DNA from: Tubulanus polymorphus
Lineage: Eukaryota > Animalia > Nemertea
Assembly (NCBI RefSeq): GCF_964204645.1
Contig: NC_134026.1
Coordinates: forward strand, 28,616,150 to 28,680,149
DNA length: 64,000 nucleotides
Reading direction: 5' to 3'
Shown here: positions 10,963-23,718 of the stretch, one piece after another
How the letters are laid out: every line of letters begins with the position of its first letter
How positions within the stretch are numbered: position 1 is the first letter of the stretch
The notes under the pieces: model-generated
The model's input: only the letters and a program-made list of their open reading frames with translations
Database searches by the model: none
What the model was told of the DNA's origin: nothing
Position numbers and translations under genes: made by a program

Positions 10963-13732
10963 TCAATCGATATGAGATCTTATCTTACAAGGATGAGGTT
11001 TGTACGTTGGCCATCGACACAGCGGACACCAATGATGATCTCGAGACAACCATTCTAAGATACATTGCTCGTGGAATGAATGACCACAAGGTAAACCACA
11101 TAATGCCATACCATATTTATACGCTTCGAGACAGATAACACATTCAGTGCTATACATCATGCCGGGTGGAGAACCATTTCTATTCGACGTCGGTGAATTT
11201 TTCTTTACCTCGACTTTCGATTCCGGTGACTGCGTACCGTTTTTCTTCGCGTTGGTCGCCGATTTATTCTCGATTTCTTTCGAATGACACATACATTTAT
11301 AATTGCCGTCCATCACCAGTTTAACGCACGAAGCTTCGCTCAGACCGGCAAGATTAATGGCGCCTCGTTCGCCGACGGCTGCTGGTGGATATTGCGGGTC
11401 GGTGCTATCGCCGCTGCTCTCGTTTCCATCTGTATCCGATGTGAAATCGTCGGAACTCGTCGGTTCATGTCGACCCGTGTACAACCAGACCGGTAAATCT
11501 TTGATATAATCGGTCGATATCATCGGGTGCAACCATAAATCCGGAACAGCCAATCTTTCGATCAACAATTCCATTCCTTCTTCCAAATCTAAATCTTGCG
11601 GACTCATCGGTCGAGTCAGGGACGCCATCGGTTGGAATAAGTAATTAGTATAGTCGTCCCACACTCCGCTCCACCAATCGCTACCGACATTTTGGTCCTC
11701 TTCGACCCCGCCCGTCCTTTTATACTCGATAATACCGACGAGGATTCCGTAGAGGACGAACGTCAACGCGAACGACGGCAAACTCAACGGCGGATGAAGA
11801 ATATCCGTACGAATCAACGAAAACATCGACGACCCGGAAATATAACGGAAATAATGAAGGAGATTATCGATGACCCGATCGGCGCGTGGAAACTGTAACA
11901 AACCTAACGTCGGTAACCAAAATAATAATAGCACGCAGTTATACTTGCCTAAACATAACATCAGTTTCCACGCTCTGGTAAAAGGGCCGCCCTGTCGGAC
12001 AAAAAACTCCAACATACAACACAGGTTTATAAGAATCAAACTAAATATAAAGACATCATTAGTTTCAGGATATAAACACTTCAAATAAAGTTCCATAGCG
12101 TTGTAAGAGGCGTAATCGGCACGTTCAGAAGCGTACGTATAATTCGTTTTATCGGTTAGGACCATGTAAGTGGGAGGTTTATGCACGAGGCGTTTCAGGA
12201 TACTCTTTCCTTCACGCGAATGAATATTCACCGTTCCGAATTTGGCGCGACCGGTGAACTCGACGCTGAGAAACGACAGGAACATCGGCGGCGGTTCGAT
12301 ATACGTGAAGAACAAAACGCGTAATTCCGATTTACGGCGAACTTTCTCGAATTCGAACCAGTCTTTTTTCAGTTCGTTGTAGTCGTTGATAGTTTTTATT
12401 CGAGACGCGACGTTGCGATTGATCCAGTCGAATATTGAACTGACTTTAGTCGCGCCTTTATAATTCTTCAGCGTTATGTTGTCCTTCGCTTTGAATCCCT
12501 GAGGAAGAGCTAAGATTACACGCGACGTGTACCAATTCTTCCGTGAACACAACCTACAAAGAATAGATTCCGTAAATTCAGGTTATATCCCTCTATGTAC
12601 AGACAAACCGGCTTCATTTGGACCAGTAAAATTCAGATTTCGATCTAATCCGGATATCATTTACGGTCCACCGATAGATCTATACATGATCTATATACAC
12701 CTATACATCATAAATATCATATGGTCTGGATTTCTCATAAAATTTGAGTCGTCCCAAATGACCCGAATTAAACAGGTTCTACTGAATTAGCAGTAGTTTC
12801 ATGGCAAATTCGAACTCAAATTATCGGTTTAATTTCTAATTGTTTAGTTCATGTTTTCAATGAGGACAACAATTCAAACTTAACCGTTTTAAGCATAAAT
12901 TTTCCACAGTTATGAGAGTTTGACCTCAGATTAGTCAGTCAAATTTTATTCAGAACTGTGGAACTAACTTCATGACTTGAAATTCAGGCATTACCTCCAA
13001 TCATTGGAACAATCAAACATTCCACTCCTGACTCCGAATTTTTTCAGTTTTCTTATAAGAATATTCCAATCACTGTCACTCAATAGTGGAGGATGATTTT
13101 CGCCCTTCACGTGGATAATCCACACGCTGTCTTTACGATCTTCAACCTCTTCGAAGAAGTGCGTTTCACCGGTGAAATTACGACTGACGACTGCCGTGGA
13201 GTCTTCCTCTTCCTGAATCGATGATTCAACTTCACCTTCCATTACATCACCTAAAAACAATTACACACCGCACTATGAGCCTGTTTACCCTGTCAGCAGT
13301 AAAAAACACAGGGTTCTTATCAATCAAAGAATCCCTTGACCCTTAACCAAAAATTCCCTGATTGGATCCTCAGTGGGGGTTGTTTCTGTTCAAGATGTGT
13401 CTTGTGCTACTCGTCATCAGCAAGAACAAGACACTTCAAGCCTTTCCCCGACTTTCCATTGATCTGTAGAACAATCAGAAAACAATAAAGATGAATAGGT
13501 TTTTACCTGATGCAGAAATCAACTCTGTCAGTTCACGTCTTTCTAAAACACCGCGATAGCTCACTCCTCTCTCATCTAGAAGAAGTTTCAATTTACGGAC
13601 GCTGAGGGTCCAGGGGTCAATGAAACGACTGCTGATATATCCCGACTCGTACCAAGCGAAAGCTTCGAGCATTCGCGCCAGAACGAACAGCACGAATGCG
13701 TAAATGCACAGTAGCAATAGTTTCCACCACAT
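10963..13732 (-). CDS. RNF103: E3 ubiquitin-protein ligase RNF103 (Kf-1), ~690 aa
   Basis: Exons 13732-13507, 13250-12995 and 12553-10963 are in frame (2073 nt). MWWKLLLLCIYAFVLFVLARMLEAFAWYESG, NFTGETHFFEEVEDRKDSVW, LIERLAVPDLWLHP and the C-terminal RING-H2 CVICLE..LPCGHSFHEQCILEWL..CPLCRW all match RNF103. Confidence 0.95.
13309..13470 (+). mobile_element. Degenerate hAT-like MITE remnant (family A, copy 1), in an RNF103 intron
   Basis: Starts CAGGGTTCTTA and shares ordered blocks (ATTCCCTGAT, TGGGGGTTGTTTCT, CAAGACA) with 24186-24415. Confidence 0.5.
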
Positions 13733-14339
13733 TTTGTGTGTGTTGCTGTTTTAGCAAATGATCAAACAACAAGACCCTAAAAAGCTGTAAAATAAACGGA
13801 CAAAAATGTATTTATCGAATGTATATTTTTTACAAATACAATGCATGAATGAAATTCTCTTTCGATTCTTCAATTAGTTTGTAGAAGCAAAAAATTCTGC
13901 GTTTTTTTAGGCTGGCTATGCCTACGCCTAAAAATCGATCATTTTTTTGGAATATTTTGTAGCGTGATAATTACTAACTATAACTACATAGTCGTACCTT
14001 CACATAATTCACTCATATCAGACACTGAATGGTGAATGCTCCAGAAAACTATTCAGTCACCAGATATATGAAGAGAAATTTGACTAATCCCTGGACCCTA
14101 TTTTGACAGTTGAAACGTCAAAAATGGCTTCTACCGACTACACGTACACAATGAATTGGGTTCGAATCCCGATATAACCAATTGTAAGTTTACAGTATAA
14201 TCTCAGATGAAACGACCATAATGGATATAACCGCATAAACAGCTCTAAAACATTGAGGTTCTACTTAGAATATCCTGATTCACAGGGGAGGGACGATTAA
14301 ATTAATATTAATTAGGATGAGAAAAATCATGAAATAATT

Positions 14340-14480
14340 GCCATTGGCGCCACCGTGCGTCCGTCACGCTCTGCTGATGACCACGTACGCGGCTCGCGTG
14401 TGCGCAGTGAGGCGCATCCAGTCAACTCGCGCGCCAGTTCCTCCAACTCCATTATTCGCAAATTCTGTGATTCAAGGAAA
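14340..14480. promoter_or_regulatory. CpG-rich putative bidirectional promoter of RNF103 (-) and SHOC1 (+)
   Basis: Short CpG/GC-rich island between divergent start codons (13732 and 14564), in otherwise AT-rich DNA. Confidence 0.55.
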
Positions 14481-14563
14481 GGCCTAGGCCTAATTCACGC
14501 TGGGGATTTCACTGAAAAATAACCCGGTATTCAACCCAACGTTTGATAAAGCAAAAAAGAAAA

Positions 14564-17500
14564 ATGCCTCAGTACAAAGCTATCCTGGATTATCTCACAC
14601 CCGTAAGCTCAATTAATTATCAGATCAAATTAAACAAAGATCCCCGACTCGTGATGATGTCGATGATGAAAAAACACATAAAAACTTACCATTACGACGT
14701 AATCATTTAAGGTTGTAGAGCATAAAGTCAATATACTGAATCGAATGCTTCTTCCTACACCGACTGTAGAGGATAATAATGATCCATTAAAAGACAATAT
14801 TTACCGATGTCCTTGGAAAAAAGGTAAAATTCTGTAAATCCTTATTCAGTCGAATTCAATAAATAACACCACTGCATTTTTGTAGATTTTGTTTTTTTTT
14901 CGCCAGCCAAACCATATGAAAATGTTCTGGTTGATAATGAAGCAATTCTTGAAGCCGAATTGATCACTAGACTAGAAACTTACAGGAAAAATTCATCCAA
15001 AAAAGTTAACAAAAAGATATGCTATGATGAAAGGTGAAAATATGTTTCATTGTATTCAAAATATTTCCAAATTGTCCTTTTGATATCCATATGCTAATGT
15101 CACAAAAACGACCGTAATTACCAGTACGGTAATTATATGGATATGAAATTTCAGGTAACTGCAAACGAAATTATATTGCATGATTCGAACATAGATTTCC
15201 CTTGACCTTGAGTGCAGTTTAATTACTTATAAGCCTAGCCTATAGATTTAATTTCTCCATTTTGAATTATACCTTTCAAATTACTTTTCTTATAGTTTTG
15301 AGAATGATGTGTCAGGACCTAACCATTATACTGGAGCCCGGTACATTAGTAAGTTACTAGGGTTATTGGCCTAGGGTTTTAATGAGAATGACAAGACATA
15401 TTAATGTTATGTATTCTCTATTCAGGTACACCGATCAGAGGGAAAAAAACATATAGTTTTGTGAAATTTAAAGATGTCAAAAGTTCAGGAACTCAGAAGA
15501 AATTGGCACTTCCCTTGAAAAAGAATAACATTACTTCAAAATCTAGCACTTCTGGCAACAAAAGAAAACTGTTTCAATCAAGGCATGGCCGATGTGTTTG
15601 ATCGAGTAAAATTGTTTGTGGATCTATAGGCCCATTTTGTTTATTGAAATAAAAAAATGTATCATTCTTTAATTGCAGCATGACAAATTCATCTCATGCA
15701 ACTTCTAAACATGACGATGCATCTTCAAAAACAACAGATTCTGTAAGTAAGCAGCAGCAGTACTAACCCCTGTTTCACAACACGTAGATGTATCATTTAC
15801 TGAAGTGTCTGTGTCGCTTTCTAGCGTATCAAGAAAGTCACAAAAGTGACATGGAAGGATGGAAATTTGCCTGATCTTGTTGAAGAAGATTTTGAGTGTC
15901 TGAATATTGATGAACCAGCTGACTACATCGACCTTACTGAATCTGAAGATCAAATGCAGTAGGCCTAAGTATCTCCCGACTTGTGGACTAGAATATGTCA
16001 CTATGTTATTATAATAAAGGCATTTCTTCTTCAGATGTTCCCATGATAGAGTAGATGTAGCAAAAACCGTCGTCCAGCCAAATAAAGAAACCGTTCAGTC
16101 AACTAGCGTTATAGCTGATGATGCTTTAAAATCGTTCATAGATTTAGAAGAAGAGAAACTAGTGACATTTAAGCTACCCGGTAAAGATAAAAGGTTTTAC
16201 TATATGATCATCTTTTCATGGATACCTGGCACCTATTTTTTTCAATATCCCTCACTAAGAACGAAAAATAAAGTCTGACATATCCCTTTGAACTCGTAGT
16301 GTGCCGGGTATTCAACGTTTCAACTTTATCCTAATAGTTATCTTCAGGAATACTGAGGTTAAAACCAAATCATGAAATAATCCAGGCCGAGAGCCAAGAG
16401 ACAAATTGAGTAATCAGGAGTGAAACCACTAGGGATAATACAAAACATACACAACATATAGAAGTGTGCAATGACAGAGTATTTCATCAATGACCTTCTC
16501 TATTTGTAGAGCTTTCAACTTTTTCTATATCGGTTAAAGAACTCAAGGAAATGTTGTCGCTAAAATCAAAAAATGAGTGCGCAAATAAGACTGATCTCCA
16601 GTCTAAACGTGATTCTCCAGATATTGAAATGGAAGCCTCTGATGAAAATGTGAATTTAGTTCGATGCAAGGCTAATGTCCCACTCGACATGTGCAAAGAT
16701 CCTGCTAAATTGTGCGCATCAGCACGCAATCATACTGAATCCTCCGGGAAAGCTTTCCTTCCAGTGATAGATGATACTTGTTCAAGTGTACTTGTAGAAC
16801 AAGCCGATAAGACATATCTCGAAATGGGACAAGAAAACCAAAATGTGAATAATCTTGAAGAATATTCAAATAAGGAATCCGAGAAAATTGAGGAAAGTAA
16901 ACTAGATCCAGGAAGAACGTGTGAGTCTAATGATGACACAAGTGGTGATAAACATGGAGAGGATATAAAATGCAATGAAAGTTTTGATAAAGATCGTCCT
17001 TCGTTTAGTGATGGAATGGGCCAGAGTGATTCTTCTGATAGACAACTTCAGTGTGAAATACTAGCTAGCAATCTTAATGACTGTAAGATACAGTCAAATG
17101 AAGGGGAATCTATTGAAAATGAAGATATTAAAGTGAGTTTACTATCTGCTTCAGACTGTGGTCAAATATGTATCGATGATCTCAACAGCATACAGTTAAA
17201 GGGCGACTTCACAGTTGATGACTCAACGACAATAAGTTCTATCAGTCTGGGAACTGACAGAGAAGAACAGGACATTAGTCAGCAACAGTTCCACTACAAA
17301 TCCACATCCACTGCAAATCATCAACCAATCCCTGACATTGAAATACAGTTAAATGAAGATTTAGCAGATCATCAAACTGAGATGAAACAACTCCCAGAAT
17401 CAGTTGAAGAACTCAGTAATAATTCGACTGATTGTCTGAAGTTGCTTGTTCTAGATAAGGAGAAAGCTGTTAAATGTGAAGCTGAAATGCTGAAGCAGTT

Positions 17501-20500
17501 CATATGTGATATATTAGATAAAGTTGAAGAGAATATTAGTGCTGAAATTCTGAAGCAGTTCATGTGTGATATGTTAGATAAAGTTGAAGAGAATACCAGT
17601 GCTCAAATAATGAAGTGTGTCAATAAGGAAAATGATTCTGCAGAACTTAACGATAAACCTCATGATTCGTCTAGAATTAGTAAAGAAAGTTCTGAACAAA
17701 TTTCTGATGAGACCAGCCAAGATCTACTTACTGTATCAGATGAGAAGAGCCATGTTAAACCAAGGGATGTAGATAGTACGTCCGATGAGAAGAGCAGGGT
17801 TTCTGATGAGAAGAGCCATGTTCATCTAGGAGAACTAGATACTACGTCTGATAAGAAGGGCAGGGTTTCCGATGGGCAGAGCCATGTTATTCCAGGAGAT
17901 TTACATAGTACATCTGATGGGAGGAGTCGTTTTGAACTACCAGTAAAAGATCCAGATTGGGAAACGACACAAAGTATTGATCAGAACATTTCTGAGGCAG
18001 TTTTTCATAAGGCGGCAGAAAATCCCGGCGATGCTGAATCAGATTTCTCATATGAGCATCATCCCGAGACTGAGAAAAACATAAATTACTTGCCACCAAA
18101 TAAGGGTTCGACAGATGGAAATGCTGAAATCAAATCTACAGAGAACTGCATATCAGAAACTCACCGCGTTAAAGACAAGACAGTCAAGTCCAAAACTAAA
18201 CTTTTCAATCCACTAGATTTATTTCTCCTGATGCGAACTGGAAAAAAAGTTTCAAAAAGTTCATTGGAATCTTTTACAGAAATAGGAGGCACCAGATTTA
18301 AGAATGAAATTCATAACGGATTTTCTCGGCCTGAATCTCAGACAATGACTTCAGAAACACCTGTGTTAGTGAAATCAGAGCGTCATATTACTGATAATTA
18401 TACTGAAGATGGAACACAACCCATGGAACACAGAAACACGCAAAATAATGAAAATGAAATTAAGCGTTCCTGTTCTTCGAATGATACGAATTGTGATGAG
18501 GCAGCTTTTGATCCTAACGTGAAAGATTGGAGAGGGAATAGTAAACCGACTGTCTCTGAGGACAGTCGAGTCGTCGTCAAATACAAATCATTAAAAAGTG
18601 ATAATAGCATCAACCCAGCTGAAGTTTGGATCAATAGACATCGCGAGACAGATCGAAGAACTGAATCTATAACTGTACCACGAAACGTCGACAAGAAACA
18701 AAATCATCAATCACTTCCCACAGACACCGCAGCAAAGCGTACGCTTATATATATATATATTAATAAGAAGTCTTTAAAACTAGTATTCTTTGTAACCCTT
18801 CCTATCTGAAAAACATAATTCATTTCTTATAGGACAACCTGAACACACTGATAATCGCAATCCACCAGAATCGGGAAAATCTCCGCGTAAACGACAGAAA
18901 AGGCGACATAAGTATAAACTCGTAGATGTGACATTAACAGGTAGATTCAACATCTTTACGAAAAATTACGCTTCTGATAGACCTCTATGGTGAATCGCGA
19001 TTGAATCCCATTTTGCAGATGAATTAAAATCAGCCTATGCGATGCTGATGAATATGGCGAAATTGTTTCTAAATCTGCTGCAAAAGGATCAAATAATGCC
19101 CGAATCTCACGCAGTTGAAGGTCTCACTGCAGATGTAACACGATTCATCATCAAACAACACGAGAAAACGATGAAAGATGCTGCCTCACAAGGTATCGTA
19201 CGAATCATTGATGATAAAATATGTTGATGAATTTCTAGGATGTAAACAATCCCGGTTATATTTTAGAGCCTTATATAAAAACATACAGAGCGGCTGTCGG
19301 TCTGCATGGTTTGATAAATACGTCTAATAGTTTAGTTCATTGCTGTCTCGAGTCAGCTATCAACCATCTAACTGAATTCCAGGTACGTAACTCGCACAAT
19401 TCGGAAACGTTACAAAATTTAAGATTTCATACAAACTATTTCATTTTATAGAGAAAGCATTGTTCTCTTGTTGGCGAAATTCTTGATCCTATTCAAAGAC
19501 GATTATTACATGTGCAGCATGAAATGACTGCCAAACAAGAGCTTCATCCCAAGTTAGCAGTCATGTGCAAATATATCAGCGATTGGTTCCGAAAGAAACG
19601 TTCTTCTTCAGATCTCGATCCGAAGGTAACAAAATACACGAATATCTAACAAATACACGGATTTCTTCTAACCCATGATGTACTCCTACGTATTGTATCA
19701 AAATGCCCTTACTTGTAGATTATGATAATAGTAAGACGTGATATAACAAGTCTAGATGAAGCAATCATGGATAGTGTCAAGAAACTGGAAGGAATCAAAC
19801 CCGCCAAAACGCCACTTCATATAAAAGGCGAACAGATACTAAAATTGTAGGTATCAAAATATTTTAATAACCTGCCCCACACCTGATGATAAATGTCCTA
19901 AAATGTGTGTTATTCCTAGGATCGACAGTAGTAACTGTATAATATTACGTGGGAGTCAAATATCGGCTGATTTTCCCTGGTCTCATTTCGCTCTGGTCAT
20001 CGAATATGAGTTCGACGAAAATTCGCAATGGAAAGAAATCTGTGAAAGACAATATATTCGCTTCCTCTCATTAAAAACGCTCACTAACGGTTTATTCACC
20101 GATGAGACATCTGCGATCCAGAATGGTTTGTAATTTGTGAAATCTATCGTTTATAAAAAAAAGAAAATAAATGCGTAAGATTTTGATAAATTGTCTGGTA
20201 GTATTATTTTATATTTTATGTATTTATGTGAAATACACATATAATTAGATTAACATATAACATATAAATTGGTGCCCAGCTCAAATGGAGCTTACAAGTC
20301 ACAGTTGTATTTACAATATATATGCTATAAGTCATAAGAAATGTGTAAGAGAGTTAGAAAATAACATAGATCAAATGTAGTAACAAACAGTACATGTAGT
20401 AGAATAGCCAAACTGATGTGGAGAATGGATAATTAAAACTGACTACACGTATACAGATTTGAAAGGTTTTTGGTGGGTTTTAATCTTATTCTCTATGGTA

Positions 20501-22978
20501 GATTCCACTAATAATGAAAGGAATATGGATGATTCGTATAAGTTTTTGTGCTCAAGTCGACTCACCGCAAACACTGAGCTTCTGCATTTACTTGAATCCA
20601 GGTAATCATCACTATCCGAATGTTGCTTCTTCAGTTTTGAAGTTCGTTCGTTCATTCATTTAACATCGTTGGATCTATAGGTACAACATGACTCTCATTG
20701 AGCGCGACTACGAGAAGATCTTCGCTGGAAGAAAATATCAATTCGCTGATTTGATTTTGGATGAAAGAACGTGTATAGTTATTGAGCAGAGTTTCAATTT
20801 AGCAGGGGATGATGATATAACGAGGCTTGTGGAAAAAATGATAGGTCTAAGTCTACAGTTTTGTACGTGTTATTTAATATTTCACCCGAAAGATTCTTCT
20901 TCAATGGCGGCAACTAGTGAAAGGTATGAGGTTAGTTGTTACTGATTCGACTGTTATCTACAGATGAATTGTCTTCCATAAGCGCTCTAATTACAGATAT
21001 ATATTTCCTGGATCTTTCAATCAAAACTTATCAAAGCTATATGGATCATTGGAACATCTAGAAGATGAACAATTCAGAGTGCAGGTATTGTAAGAGGAGG
21101 GTGTTACGGAGTATAGGTAATTCATTGACAGACAGCAGTTTTTTTTCCAATACTGTTTAATTCCAGGTATATTTCGCTAAATCCTGTGAAAACTTGGTTC
21201 ATCATATCGGACAACTTGTTGAACTGACATTGAAAAATAGCAAAGTGTGGGACAAGAAAAATTGGATTTCGAAACCATGGCTGAAGTCTGAATTAACTAT
21301 GGTAATAGATTGAAAAAAAGATCACTGAATTCACAGTGCCAGTGCCAGTTGTATATTGTATGTTTCTTAAATTAACAGCACGAACTGTTCCTGTTGTGTT
21401 TTCCGTGTCTGAATGATTTCAGGTAATATCTATTGATCAAAATCCCCCGAGCATATTGATATGACTAAGAATCGTTGATCAATTGATTAATTGCTTTCCT
21501 TCACCAGTGTTCAAGTACTGTTGTCCGCAACACCATTAGCAGAATTGACCAAGATGACAGCAGTGCAGTTGGTTAGTAAACACCCCTGGCTACCAGAGAA
21601 AGTCTTACTGGTAAGCAGCTACGATACTCATCTCACAGGACACTTATATTTGTCTAGTTATATACTTGAATATTTGTTTATTTTCCAGACTTTTCATGCG
21701 ATGTTGCACAATAGATTCGAAACTCAGTTACTAAAATCTCAAGTGAATCAGGTTAAAGATGTAGCAGAACAAACGGAACAAGTTGATGAAAATAACTCAA
21801 CGTCAACCCATTACGATAACTATCAGTATGAGATGAATGAGTTTGAAAGAGTCAGTTTAGAAAACTCTAAATTTGAAGAATCTGCCAAGAGATATAAAAT
21901 ACCTCAATTGAATGATTATTCTACAGTTGAAAATACGGCTTACTCGATAATTGAACCTGCAGAATATAACATGACTGATAGAGTTGAGAGTTATCGACCG
22001 GCATCACCTTTCCATCCGCAATCATTCACCTTAAATGATGAGTTACAACCGCGAAGACACGAAACATTTGAAAACCAGTATGAATACAGAGCGTTACCAC
22101 CAGAGAACACTGATAAACGAATGAAACGAGAATTTCTGGAGACTGGTGGTGAAGCTAATGATTTATCTCTGGGAATTTTGTCAGATATGCGTAGATTTAA
22201 TGAAGATTTCAAACACCAAGCACCGAATGATTCTTCAAATTACATGAGCAGATATGTGGTGCCTCAGAATTACACAAGCTACGCGAGTAATATTAAAGCA
22301 CGGATGGACTTACAATGTAGAGAAGACCCCTATCAGGTCAACTATCCGTTTAATATGAGATCATCTGCCTTAGTTATGCGTTCTAACGAAGACAATCCGG
22401 GTGAGGTTGCAAATTAAGTTAACAAACTGGCTCAGTCTTCCTATACACATTAACTAATGTAATGTCTCCGATTTTAGAAATGTCTCAGAAGATGCTGCAC
22501 GTACCAGGCATTGCGCCAGTAACTCCTCAAATAAGACAACCGTTTCAAAGTTTTAAGTTTGAATATTCGAGGGAGCGACTACCACCACATGATCATCACA
22601 AGTCTTGTAAGTTATGCATTTGTCAGACATCACTTAATAAGATTAAACAAAGCCTACATTTGAAGCCTTTATTGATCTTGATTTGCAGCTAAATTATCAG
22701 ATTATGGTCCGCACATGATTTCACCTCCTATGGACATTGATTCAGATTCAGATTATGAACGGAAGGCTTCTATGGTCAGTCACACGTAAATCTTGAAAAT
22801 TGTTCTCGTAAATAATCTTTACACATGCTCGTCATCTATTAATTAATTTCAGGTAAAACCAACTGTATTTCGTAGCGATGGAAATCATAGCTACAGCAGA
22901 GATTTGAGGCAGAGAAAATTGATTTTAGAGAAAATACCGAGCTACAGTGATGGACAAACGAGACTTCAATTCGTTTAA
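14564..22978 (+). CDS. SHOC1: Protein shortage in chiasmata 1 orthologue (meiotic XPF-like ZMM crossover protein), multi-exon
   Basis: First exon 14564-14602 reads MPQYKAILDYLTP. Conserved blocks occur in SHOC1 order: PLDLFLLMRTGK, DVTRFIIKQHEKTMKDAASQG, ISADFPWSHFALVIEY, LLESRYNMTLIERD, ILDERTCIVI, GLSLQFCTCYLIF, FLLCFPCLNDFS, and terminal RKLILEKIPSYSDGQTRLQFV* (stop 22976-22978). Not every internal exon boundary was resolved. Confidence 0.88.
17481..17600 (+). repeat. Coding 60-bp tandem duplication (AE[MI]LKQF[IM]CD[IM]LDKVEEN[IT]S x2) in SHOC1
   Basis: Near-identical units start at 17481 and 17541. Confidence 0.9.
17733..17930 (+). repeat. Coding 66-bp tandem repeat x3 (VSDEKSHVxxxxxDxTSDxKxR) in SHOC1
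   Basis: Units start at 17733, 17799 and 17865. Confidence 0.85.
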
Positions 22979-23718
22979 CTATTCAGACGATAATTATCCT
23001 AAATATCACGAGTTAAAGGACAATGTGCAATTCTTGTTCAAATTTACTATTCTTGAAAGATTTCGTATTGTTGATAATTTAAAAAGATTATTATTTCAAT
23101 GAAAAAAACAAATCGTTTGATCTTTTTTACTGCAGTCACGGAGATGCTCCTCTTTTATCCTGATCAACAATTGAAGCTCGTCTTTACCCATCACCTTTCA
23201 GCGTAAGCTATTTTGCAAATACCATTTCAATTGGTTCGTAATGACATAAACTTATTATGCGAAAATAATCAGTCTAAATTAAAACCATTTTGGTGAGAGA
23301 TGTTTTTATTAGAAATTTCCTCGAATTGAATCATACACAGACGATAAGATGATGGTGAAGTCCAATAGAGAGATGGGCAATCAAGCGCTTGATACGAAAC
23401 AAATCACACAAAACCACCAGCAGAAAATTTGAATCATATACTTGTATGAAAAACTTTATTATCTACTGATACAACCGTGATAATTAAGTTACAAGTTAGA
23501 ATTCAATGGTTCTATCAGTTAATTTCATATTTCGAACTGATATGATTTTTAAGGAAGAAAGGAATTCAACAATTAATCATTTTATGACAAAAATAGGGCA
23601 GAAAATCCTGATTATCTTGTACAATGAGACAGATATGGAATGAAAGTATGAATCGGTACAAAATTAAAATAAATACATCAACACAGTAAAATCAAACAGA
23701 ATAAATTATGCGTATAAA

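Noticed and set aside
11284-12088. Plus-strand ORFs inside RNF103 (and similar antisense ORFs within SHOC1, DHCR24, UHRF1)
   Set aside because: Shadow frames of genuine coding exons on the opposite strand.
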